From Marispirochaeta sp. (lineage in GTDB: Bacteria; Spirochaetota; Spirochaetia; JC444; Marispirochaetaceae), in assembly GCA_963676835.2 (NCBI GenBank), contig CAXXFF010000002.1:1312001-1376000 (forward strand): a stretch of 64,000 bases of DNA, given 5' to 3'. The position numbers and the translations under genes are program-made. Below the pieces are notes generated by a model that saw only the letters and a program-made list of their open reading frames with translations, was not told the DNA's origin and ran no database searches. Below, in pieces: positions 49,256-57,340 of the stretch. The first letter of the stretch is position 1, and each line of letters opens with the position of its first letter.

Positions 49256-50143
49256 ATGAAGAGTCTTGCCTTTGGAGAAATTCTCTGGGATCAGTTTGAC
49301 AGCTACCGTCATATCGGCGGCGCTGCTTTTAATTTTGCCGCCCATCTTGCCAGGCTGGGAGCAGAATCCCGGCTGGTCAGCTGTCTGGGCAGTGATGACT
49401 CCGGAACTGAAGCCTTAAAGATCATGGACTCCTACGGGGTTGGGCGGGAGTATATGAAAATATCCGACCGTTTCCCCACGGGTACAGTTTCGGTGCTGCT
49501 GGAGGACGGTCAGCCGACGTATACCATTCACGAAAACAGCGCCTGGGATAATATTGCTCTTGGTTCTGCTGATCTTGCGGTATTGTCGGAAAATCCGTGG
49601 GACATTCTCTATTTTGGAACCCTTGCTCAGAGGAGCAGCTTAAACAGAATTACTCTTCAGAAAATCATGGAATCCATACAGACGGAACATATCTTCTTCG
49701 ATGTGAATATCCGGCAGAACTACTATTCCCGGGAGATTCTGATGGATTCTCTTAACTGGGCCACCATTGTCAAGCTGAACGAAGAAGAGGCCGGGAAGAT
49801 AGGGGGGCTGCTGGAGCTTCAGTTTTCTGATGAAGAGTCTCTGGGAGCCCGGCTTGCAGAAATGTTCAATCTGAATGTGCTGATTATAACCCGGGGAAAA
49901 GAAGGAGCAAGGATCTTTTCTTCGGGAAAGACTGCTCTGGTTGCTTCCGAACCGGTTGAACTGGCAGATGCTGTGGGTGCGGGGGACAGTTTTTCCGCGG
50001 CTTTTATGTATGCATATGTAAAAGGCTGTGATGCCTTTGATGCCGGACGATATGGGGCTCTCCTTGGGTCTTTTGTGGCATCTTCCCGGGGGGCGGTTCC
50101 GGAGTATTCCGACACTATCCGGGCTCTTTTTCGGGGTCTTTAG
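49256..50143 (+). CDS. PfkB-family carbohydrate kinase (fructokinase-like)
   Basis: GEILWD, GGAAFN, FDVNIR, KLNEEE, DAVGAGDSF. Confidence 0.92.
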   Translation: MKSLAFGEILWDQFDSYRHIGGAAFNFAAHLARLGAESRLVSCLGSDDSGTEALKIMDSYGVGREYMKISDRFPTGTVSVLLEDGQPTYTIHENSAWDNIALGSADLAVLSENPWDILYFGTLAQRSSLNRITLQKIMESIQTEHIFFDVNIRQNYYSREILMDSLNWATIVKLNEEEAGKIGGLLELQFSDEESLGARLAEMFNLNVLIITRGKEGARIFSSGKTALVASEPVELADAVGAGDSFSAAFMYAYVKGCDAFDAGRYGALLGSFVASSRGAVPEYSDTIRALFRGL

Positions 50144-50304
50144 CCTGGTTTCCCGTATATCCACTTTTTGCTGTTTATTTTTCTTCGTGATTCTTTGATC
50201 TCTTTTTCCCTCTGACCATAAAACTTTCTTTCATCTTTCAGCTAAAACGTATAGGCTGTTTCCGGGTCTTCCCTGCAATGAATCTTATGTTCCGGAGCTT
50301 GGCG

Positions 50305-50763
50305 ATGAATCTTCAATCATACATAAAGAATAATATCCCTGTTTTTACTGCAAACAAACTTTCAATCATTGAAGATCCATCGGGTATTGTTAAAGTTACC
50401 GGACGGTATCAGGATCATTACAACCATAAAAAAACGGTTTTCGGGGGTACTATAAGCACCTCCCTTATGATCAGCGGCTGGTGTCAGGCAATGCTTATTG
50501 TAAGCCGCCATTTCAATACACCCTATGGAGAATCCGCCGGTTTTGTTGTAAAGCATCAGGAAGTGGATTATCTGCGTCCGGTACGTACCGACTTTGAGGC
50601 TTGTTCCATTCTTCCTGCCGAAGACGATATTCAGCGCTTTTTTTCGGAGCTTGAAACGGCGGGGAAGGGGCGGCTGATTCTCTGTTCCTCAATGTTTGAG
50701 TGCGGCGGCACGGAAGTGAAGGCCCGTTTCAGCGGCGAGTTTGTTGCTTTTGCCGACATCTGA
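50305..50763 (+). CDS. YiiD C-terminal-type hotdog/thioesterase domain protein
   Basis: IKNNIP, NHKKTVFGG, SGW, VDYLRPV, ARFSGEFV. Confidence 0.7.
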   Translation: MNLQSYIKNNIPVFTANKLSIIEDPSGIVKVTGRYQDHYNHKKTVFGGTISTSLMISGWCQAMLIVSRHFNTPYGESAGFVVKHQEVDYLRPVRTDFEACSILPAEDDIQRFFSELETAGKGRLILCSSMFECGGTEVKARFSGEFVAFADI

Positions 50764-50891
50764 TTTCAGTTTTTCCTCCTGAAACAAGCTGTTTTTTTTC
50801 TCTTTATTTTTATCTTCTTTTGGTAGAACTATCTCTGCTGTAATTGCTAAAATAGAGATAATTGGATTAATTGTTGGACCAAAAAGCGCAA

Positions 50892-50913
50892 ATAATATAT
50901 TGCAATATATTAT
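50892..50913. promoter_or_regulatory. Perfect 22-bp palindrome, candidate operator
   Basis: ataatatattgcaatatattat, about 55 bp upstream of the -35 of the dehydrogenase-TRAP operon. Confidence 0.55.
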
Positions 50914-50967
50914 AGTCGTTAAAAGTGGGTAAAAATCAAAAAATATGCCGGATATTATAGAAAAAAT

Positions 50968-50996
50968 TTGACAATAAAATATTATGACCCTACAAT
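50968..50996 (+). promoter_or_regulatory. Sigma-70 promoter of the dehydrogenase-TRAP operon
   Basis: TTGACA-17-TACAAT. Confidence 0.8.
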
Positions 50997-51088
50997 GGCC
51001 CTAAATAAAACATTTTACGGATTATCTGTTTTATCTTGGCTGGATCGGCTGATGTAAAGAATCCGGAAGTTGTTACGGGATTTACTGA

Positions 51089-52114
51089 ATGAAAGCACTG
51101 AAATTTGTTGAAACAAGAAAAGGCGAATATGTAACAGCCGAAAAACCTCAATGCGGGGATAAGCAGGTTCTTATCGAGGTAAAGGTAGCGGGGATCTGTC
51201 ACAGTGACATTATGTCCTATGAGGGCAAGCATCCCTGGCGGATTCCTCCGGTTATAACCGGCCATGAATTCAGTGGTGTGATTGTTGAGGCTGGTCAAAA
51301 TGTTCAGGATTTTTCAGTTGGTGACCGGGTTGTTGTTGAGCCGCATATAGGCTGCGGTGAGTGTGAGTACTGCAGGAAGGGTGTATATAACCTGTGCAAC
51401 ACCAAGCGTTTTATCGGGGTCGGGGATTGGTCCGGCTGTTTTGGCGAGTATGTAATTGCTGAACCCTCCATGTGTCTGAAGATGCCCGGTGGTATGAGCT
51501 TTGAAGAGGCTGCTGCACTGGAGCCTTACTGTGTTGGTGAGCATGCTGTGGATCTTGCCGGCAGCGGGGCCGGGGAGTCTGCCCTCATTATCGGCGGCGG
51601 CACAATAGGGCTGATGACCTTATTGAGTCTGAAAAACCGCGGGGTTGAGAAAGTTTATGTTTCTGATATCTCAGCGGAAAAACGGGAGTATGCTCTAAAG
51701 GCAGGAGCTGCCGGAACGGTAGATCCCATGACGGAAGATCTTTTTGATAAGATGATGGCGGATACAGAAGGCGCAGGGGTGGATAATGTGTTTATCTGTG
51801 TGCCGGTTCCCCCTGTTCTTAATCAGTCCCTTTCGGTGGCAAAGAAAAAAGGCAAGGTTGTTGTCATTGCCGTTTTTGGAAACCCTGTAGAGATAGATGT
51901 AAAAAATGTTCAGGTAGGAGAAAGATCCGTTCTCGGCAGTAATATGTACACTATCCGGGATTACCGGAATGCCCTGGCGGATTATGAGGCTGGAAAGCTG
52001 AACCTCGGAAGTATGATCACAAAAACTATTGGCTTCGACGAACTGAACGGTGTTATTGCTCGCCTCTCTGACGGGGAACTTCAGAATGAGATAAAGATAC
52101 AGGTTGTGTTTTAG
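51089..52114 (+). CDS. Zn-dependent medium-chain (sugar alcohol/acid) dehydrogenase
   Basis: GICHSD, GHEFSG, CGECEYCRKGVYNLC, GGGTIG. Confidence 0.92.
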   Translation: MKALKFVETRKGEYVTAEKPQCGDKQVLIEVKVAGICHSDIMSYEGKHPWRIPPVITGHEFSGVIVEAGQNVQDFSVGDRVVVEPHIGCGECEYCRKGVYNLCNTKRFIGVGDWSGCFGEYVIAEPSMCLKMPGGMSFEEAAALEPYCVGEHAVDLAGSGAGESALIIGGGTIGLMTLLSLKNRGVEKVYVSDISAEKREYALKAGAAGTVDPMTEDLFDKMMADTEGAGVDNVFICVPVPPVLNQSLSVAKKKGKVVVIAVFGNPVEIDVKNVQVGERSVLGSNMYTIRDYRNALADYEAGKLNLGSMITKTIGFDELNGVIARLSDGELQNEIKIQVVF

Positions 52115-52171
52115 GACCCCCTGAGGGGTCTATTTATATTGTTTGCGTTTCTTAAAACAAGGAGGACTATT

Positions 52172-53158
52172 ATGTTTAAGAAAATCGCTCTGGTACTTCT
52201 GGCTGCAGCTCTTTTTGCCGCAACCGGTTTTGCCAATGGACAGGGTGAAGACGATGTGATGGTGATTAAAGCTGCTCACTCCATGCCTACAACCTATCAC
52301 TATCATGATGGTATGGTTGCTTTTGCCGAAAAAGCCGCAGAGCTTTCAAAGGGTAAAATCAAAATCGAAGTGTATCCTGCAGCACAGTTAGGTGAAGAAG
52401 TTTCCACCATGGAACAGTGTAAGATGGGAGCTATCCCAATTGTTCTCACCGGTGTATTCGACTCCTATGTTCCCAAAGCAGGTGTTTTCATTCTTCCCTT
52501 CCTGTTTGACAACAGTGCTCATACCGATGCAGTACTGAACGGACCGGTTGGAGAAAAGGTTTTCGCTGGATTTGCTGATCACAACATGCAGGTTATTTCT
52601 GTATGGGAAAACGGTTTCCGCCAGATAACCAACAATGTACGCCCCATCAACAGCGTGGCTGACATGAAAGGCCTTAAGCTGCGGACTCCCCAGAGCCCCG
52701 TATGGATGCGCACCATGGAAGAGTTTGGTGTAACTCCTACTCCAATGCCCTTTGCTGAGGTTTCAACCGCAATTGTACAGGGGCTTGTAGACGGACAGGA
52801 GAATCCCCTGCTGCATATCAAGGCAAATAAAACCTACGAAGTACAGAAGCACCTCGCGGTTGTAGATTACATGTATGGACCTGCTCCGCTTCTGGTAAAC
52901 AAACCCTGGTTTGACAAGCTTTCTGCAGAAAATCAGTCAATCATCAAAGAAGCTGCCGCATATGGTAACAAGGTAATGCGCGATGTTGCAGCTGAAAGAA
53001 ATCAGGGTGCAATCGACTTCTTCAAGGAAGAAGGTCTTCAGGTTACCTATCCCGATAAGGAAGGTTTCCGCGCTCTTGTTACTGGTCTTTATGAGGGTGA
53101 GTGGGCCGAGAAATTTGGTGCAGATCTCCTCAAAGAGATCCAGAATACCAAATACTAG
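52172..53158 (+). CDS. dctP: TRAP substrate-binding protein DctP
   Basis: YPAAQLG, ENGFRQ, GLKLRT, GLVDGQENP; AAGGAGG RBS. Confidence 0.93.
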   Translation: MFKKIALVLLAAALFAATGFANGQGEDDVMVIKAAHSMPTTYHYHDGMVAFAEKAAELSKGKIKIEVYPAAQLGEEVSTMEQCKMGAIPIVLTGVFDSYVPKAGVFILPFLFDNSAHTDAVLNGPVGEKVFAGFADHNMQVISVWENGFRQITNNVRPINSVADMKGLKLRTPQSPVWMRTMEEFGVTPTPMPFAEVSTAIVQGLVDGQENPLLHIKANKTYEVQKHLAVVDYMYGPAPLLVNKPWFDKLSAENQSIIKEAAAYGNKVMRDVAAERNQGAIDFFKEEGLQVTYPDKEGFRALVTGLYEGEWAEKFGADLLKEIQNTKY

Positions 53159-53172
53159 GATTATTTAATAAG

Positions 53173-53202
53173 AAACAGCCCTGCTTCAGGCAGGGCTGTT
53201 TT
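53173..53202 (+). terminator. Intercistronic terminator/stabilising hairpin after dctP
   Basis: aaacagccctgc/gcagggctgttt stem plus T tract. Confidence 0.75.
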
Positions 53203-53229
53203 CTGTAAACAGCTTTGTACGGGCAGGTT

Positions 53230-53736
53230 ATGAAAAACGGACAGAATTCAGGTATGGACAAACTCAGGCGGTTTAATGAAAACGCCCTGATTGTCGGGAT
53301 TATAGCAACGATTATTGTTATTACCCTGCAGGTTATCAGCAGGACATTTTTTTCAAAATCTTTTTCATGGGTAGAGGAAGTCGGAAGGGCTCTCTTTGTC
53401 TATTTCATTTTCGGCGGTGCAGCCCTTGCATACAAGCAGGGACTGTTTATCAGTGCGGACTTTATCAGCAATTTCCTTCCGAAAAAGGTGAATGCCATTC
53501 TTTCTCTGATCATGGATCTGATTACGGTTATCTTTTTTATTGTAGTGGCAATTCTCGGCTACAATTTATTTACTGCATCCAAGGGGCAGCTTACACCTGC
53601 TCTGGAAGTGGAAATCCGCTGGATATACCTTGCGTTTCCAATATTCTTTGCCCAGATGGCTTATTTCGCAGTGATGAATATCATCTCCAGGTTCAGGTCA
53701 AAGTCTGATGCGGAAGGGGGCAGGTCATGGTTGTAA
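53230..53736 (+). CDS. dctQ: TRAP small permease DctQ
   Basis: QVISR, SWVEEVGR, four TMs; start uncertain. Confidence 0.88.
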   Translation: MKNGQNSGMDKLRRFNENALIVGIIATIIVITLQVISRTFFSKSFSWVEEVGRALFVYFIFGGAALAYKQGLFISADFISNFLPKKVNAILSLIMDLITVIFFIVVAILGYNLFTASKGQLTPALEVEIRWIYLAFPIFFAQMAYFAVMNIISRFRSKSDAEGGRSWL

Positions 53737-55004
53737 CTGTACTGCTTGTTACGTTCTTTGTTACTGTTTTTACCAATCTGCCCATTACGGTTGTTCTCGG
53801 GTTCTCTTCTCTGGCTGCCATTTTTGCCTCCGGTACCTATCCGCTGACGATTATTGTTTCCCGAATGTTTTCGGGAATTGATTCATTCACTCTGCTGGCC
53901 ATTCCCATGTTTATCCTCGCTGGAAAGCTTCTCAATGAGAGCGGAGCAACCCACCGGATCTTCAACTTTGCAAACTCCATGGTGGGGCATATCCGTGGAG
54001 GTCTGGGGCATACCAATGTTGTTGCCAGTATTATCTTTGCAGGGATTTCGGGTTCAGCGGTGGCCGACTCCGCAGGTCTGGGTCGTGTAGAAATTGAGGC
54101 AATGAACTCCAAGGGGTATGATCCCAAGTTTTCCAGTGCTATTACCATAAGCAGCTCGGTTATCGGGCCGATTATCCCTCCCAGTATTCCCATGGTTGTC
54201 TTCGGCGCCATGGCGGGAGAATCGGTAATTAAGCTTTTTGCCGGAGGTCTTATTCCGGGGCTGTTTACCGGATTGATGCTTATGATAATGGTGTATATCG
54301 TGGCCCGGCGTACTCCGGATTTTCCCGTCCTCGAGAAGGCCGGTATGAAAGAGCGTCTGACAACCTTCAAGCAGGCCCTGCTTCCTTTGCTCGCGCCGGC
54401 CATTATTCTCGGAGGTATTTTTTCAGGCTTCTACACCCCCACAGAGGCTTCTGTTGCAGCTGTTGTATATGTAATTATCCTTGAAAAGTTCGTCTATAAG
54501 GAACTGACCTGGAATGATTTCCGCCGTATACTGCTGGAAACAATTGTCGATTCCGGAGCTATTGTAATTATTATTTCTTCTGCAAGTATCTTCGGCTGGC
54601 TTATGGCAATTGAACGCATTCCCAATATGCTGATAAACGGACTGATGGGATTTTCCAATCATCCCTACCTGGTAATGCTGCTTATAAATGCAGTGCTCCT
54701 TTTTCTCGGCTGCTTTATAGAAGGCCTTGCGGTAATGATGATTCTGACCCCGGTCCTTGTGCCGCTGGTAACTCAGCTCGGATTCAGTCCCATCTACTTC
54801 GGGGTACTGATGATACTTAATCTGATGGTAGGTACTACCACGCCTCCGCTTGGTATGAGCCTGTTTGTAATAAGTAACATGACAAAGATACCGGTCTCGG
54901 AGTTGAGCAGATCGATGCTTCCCTTTTATTTGGCCCTGGTGGTCACTCTGCTTGTCTGTCTTTTCTTTCCACCGATAATAATGCTTCTGCCGAATCTTAT
55001 TTAG
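53727..55004 (+). CDS. dctM: TRAP large permease DctM
   Basis: LLAIPMFILAG, GISGSAVAD, IIPPSIP, TPTEAS, TTPPLG. Confidence 0.93.
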   Translation: MVVTVLLVTFFVTVFTNLPITVVLGFSSLAAIFASGTYPLTIIVSRMFSGIDSFTLLAIPMFILAGKLLNESGATHRIFNFANSMVGHIRGGLGHTNVVASIIFAGISGSAVADSAGLGRVEIEAMNSKGYDPKFSSAITISSSVIGPIIPPSIPMVVFGAMAGESVIKLFAGGLIPGLFTGLMLMIMVYIVARRTPDFPVLEKAGMKERLTTFKQALLPLLAPAIILGGIFSGFYTPTEASVAAVVYVIILEKFVYKELTWNDFRRILLETIVDSGAIVIIISSASIFGWLMAIERIPNMLINGLMGFSNHPYLVMLLINAVLLFLGCFIEGLAVMMILTPVLVPLVTQLGFSPIYFGVLMILNLMVGTTTPPLGMSLFVISNMTKIPVSELSRSMLPFYLALVVTLLVCLFFPPIIMLLPNLI

Positions 55005-55054
55005 TCCGATACGGCTATCCCGGTACCTGCCTCCGTATCGGGATGAGGTATTTC

Positions 55055-55089
55055 CAGAGGTTCTGCCTGCGGGTGGAACCTCTGATTTT
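55055..55089 (+). terminator. Probable terminator after dctM
   Basis: cagaggttc…gaacctctg stem then atttt; a second hairpin lies at 55006-55041. Confidence 0.5.
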
Positions 55090-55172
55090 ACACATGCTTT
55101 TGTGTTCACTATTTTACTTTTGCTGCTGTACTGGTATAATCACCTCCGTTGACATCAGGGAAGCTTTAAAAT

Positions 55173-55871
55173 ATGAGTAACAAGAAAGATGAAAACCTGA
55201 CCCAGATGGTCTCCAAAAGCATTGTTCAGATGATAACCGAGCATAAGATTGCTGTTGGAGAAAAGATCAATAAGATAGAAATTGCTGCGGCTCTGGATGT
55301 CAGTATGACCCCGGTGAATGAAGCAATTAACCGTCTTACCGGGCAGGGAATTTTTGAACACAGGAAAAACCTCGGATACTATCTGAAGGAGCCGACTCTT
55401 AAGGATCTGGAAGATTTTTATTACGTCCGTGCCGGACTGCAGGCTATTGCGATTTACAATTATATCAAGCGTTGTTTTAACCCCGAGGATGCTTTTCTGT
55501 CGATCTTTGACCGGTTTCGTGACGGGATTCCCCGCGGAGCTGAAAAGGAGTATATGCAGGCGGATATTAATTTCCACATGGAGATTATCAGGCATTGTGG
55601 GAATCCAGTTCTGGTAAAGATATATGAGGACAGCCACTTGCCCTACAACGCCTATGTCCGGGGGCTGCTCCGTGATCCCGGGGAGACCCTGCATGAGCAT
55701 TTTATGATTATCAAGGCCATCAAGGAGCAGAAGGCGGAGTTCGCCCGGCAGCTGATGGTTCAGCATCAAATGGCAGTAGCAGAGAATATCGAAGCAGTCC
55801 GCAAGGATCAGCGTGCAGATCAGTTCTGGGCAGAGGTGCGGAAATTCAATGTAGGCGAGGTTGACATTTAA
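55173..55871 (+). CDS. GntR-family (FCD) transcriptional regulator
   Basis: GEKIN..IAAALDVSMTPVNEAI wHTH; ADINFH, HFMIIKAI. Confidence 0.9.
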   Translation: MSNKKDENLTQMVSKSIVQMITEHKIAVGEKINKIEIAAALDVSMTPVNEAINRLTGQGIFEHRKNLGYYLKEPTLKDLEDFYYVRAGLQAIAIYNYIKRCFNPEDAFLSIFDRFRDGIPRGAEKEYMQADINFHMEIIRHCGNPVLVKIYEDSHLPYNAYVRGLLRDPGETLHEHFMIIKAIKEQKAEFARQLMVQHQMAVAENIEAVRKDQRADQFWAEVRKFNVGEVDI

Positions 55872-55923
55872 CCCTGTTCGGGTGTATCAAGAATTAATCT
55901 TAAAGAAAAGGAGTCCGTAAACT

Positions 55924-56016
55924 ATGACTAAATGCAGATTTACTGTCTGGTCAGCATATCGACCGGTGTTTACCGCCTGGTACGGGTTTACGGATTTATC
56001 GGAGAAGGGACTCTAG
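55924..56016 (+). CDS. Putative 30-aa leader peptide MTKCRFTVWSAYRPVFTAWYGFTDLSEKGL
   Basis: AAGGAG 10 nt upstream; stop codon inside a hairpin, just ahead of a terminator. Confidence 0.4.
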   Translation: MTKCRFTVWSAYRPVFTAWYGFTDLSEKGL

Positions 56017-56039
56017 TTTTCCCTTCAACGAGTATATAC

Positions 56040-56072
56040 GCCGCAGCCCGTAAGGGGTTGCGGCTTTTTTTT
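56040..56072 (+). terminator. Intrinsic terminator 1
   Basis: gccgcagccc/gggttgcggc stem plus T8. Confidence 0.8.
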
Positions 56073-56108
56073 AGGATGAAAAGTGGATATGAAACTTTTC
56101 TCGCCTTG

Positions 56109-56145
56109 AAAAGGCCGCCGGGATTTTTTCCCTGCGGCCTTTTTT
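56109..56145 (+). terminator. Intrinsic terminator 2 (attenuator-like, just before the RBS)
   Basis: aaaaggccgc..ggga/tccc..gcggcctttt stem plus T tract. Confidence 0.75.
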
Positions 56146-56171
56146 GTTTCCATCGGAACAGGAGGCAGACC

Positions 56172-56378
56172 GTGGAACACAATTTTTACGAGGCATGGGC
56201 TATGGGCAGAGAGCGGCAGAAGGATCTTCTGGCAGAGGGGCATAGAAGACGGAGAGCTTCCTCCGTGGTTTCTCCTTCCGGGAGGTCGGGACTGAGGATG
56301 CGTGTAGGCGCAATGCTTATTGCCCTCGGGTTAAAACTGAGCGGGATCGATGAAGAATCAGGAGCTTCTGACCAGTAG
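56172..56378 (+). CDS. Small hypothetical protein (68 aa)
   Basis: AGGAGG RBS then GTG; RERQKDLLAEGHRRR…RMRVGAMLIALGLKLSG two-helix pattern. Confidence 0.65.
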   Translation: MEHNFYEAWAMGRERQKDLLAEGHRRRRASSVVSPSGRSGLRMRVGAMLIALGLKLSGIDEESGASDQ

Positions 56379-57332
56379 GTTGCCCGTAAGCTCAAGAAGC
56401 AGGTTCCGGGTAAGCCCTTCCCTGAGTCCGGACGCTTCATTTACGGCCCGGCGGGTATAGTTCTGTGCCAGTTCCCCGGCCAGAACTATGCCCCCCGCGG
56501 CCTCTATGGTTTCGGCCGCCTTTTTGAGGGTCTCGTCCTGGTATGGAGGTGTGCTGAGGATCTGCTTCAGCTCATCTCCGGCGGAACCCCTGAGGGTGTA
56601 GATAACTGGAGCGGTGAAAATGCCGTTTTTAATATCCCGGGCCAGGGGTTTTCCGGTACTGATCTCGCTGCCCTTTAAATCAAGAAGATCATCTTTAATC
56701 TGAAAGGCGATTCCTATGTTATAGCCGTATCTTCTGAATTGCTGGATCTCTTCCGGGCTGCAGCCGCTATGGCTTGCCCCCAGATAGAGGGAGGCGCCTA
56801 TGAGGGCTGCAGTCTTTGCTGCAATCTTCCGCTTGTATCTGCGCATACTTGCCGAAAGAGAGTACTGGTCATGATTCTGGTTGATCTCTCCTTCGCATAT
56901 GCGTTCAACCGCACGGCTGAAGCGTATTCCGGAAGTTTTCTCTATAAGATCTTCCATGAGGCCGAAGCTGCGGGCAAAAAGGTAGTCCCCCAGAAGCAGT
57001 GCTGTTTTTACCCCGGTGCTTATGTGCAGGGTTGTGCGGCCTCTTCTGGTCGCGGCTTCATCAAGAATGTCATCGTGTACCAGAGTGGCAAGGTGCAGGA
57101 GTTCCACCGCAGCAGCCAGCTGATAGAGGTCGTCCTGATTCTCCTTTCCATACCAGCCGCTTAAGAGTACAAGGGCGGGGCGGAGCATTTTACCTCCGCC
57201 CTCTATCAGGCTGGAGATGCTGCCGGCAATCAGGGGCGAGCTGTGCTGTGCGGTATCGGCGAGAATCTCCCGGACCCTGTCCAGTCCTTTGTCCAGTTCC
57301 GGGCTAATCCACAAGCTATTTCCTTCAGCCAT
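56358..57332 (-). CDS. Polyprenyl diphosphate synthase (HepT/IspB-like)
   Basis: GGKMLRP, HLATLVHDDILD, GDYL, KTAAL, AFQIKDDLLD. Confidence 0.92.
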   Translation of the reverse strand: MAEGNSLWISPELDKGLDRVREILADTAQHSSPLIAGSISSLIEGGGKMLRPALVLLSGWYGKENQDDLYQLAAAVELLHLATLVHDDILDEAATRRGRTTLHISTGVKTALLLGDYLFARSFGLMEDLIEKTSGIRFSRAVERICEGEINQNHDQYSLSASMRRYKRKIAAKTAALIGASLYLGASHSGCSPEEIQQFRRYGYNIGIAFQIKDDLLDLKGSEISTGKPLARDIKNGIFTAPVIYTLRGSAGDELKQILSTPPYQDETLKKAAETIEAAGGIVLAGELAQNYTRRAVNEASGLREGLTRNLLLELTGNLLVRSS

Positions 57333-57340
57333 GAGGAGCC

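Noticed and set aside
55932..56378. 148-aa ORF as predicted in the track
   Set aside because: Its 5' two-thirds run through two terminators; the strong RBS supports a start at 56172.
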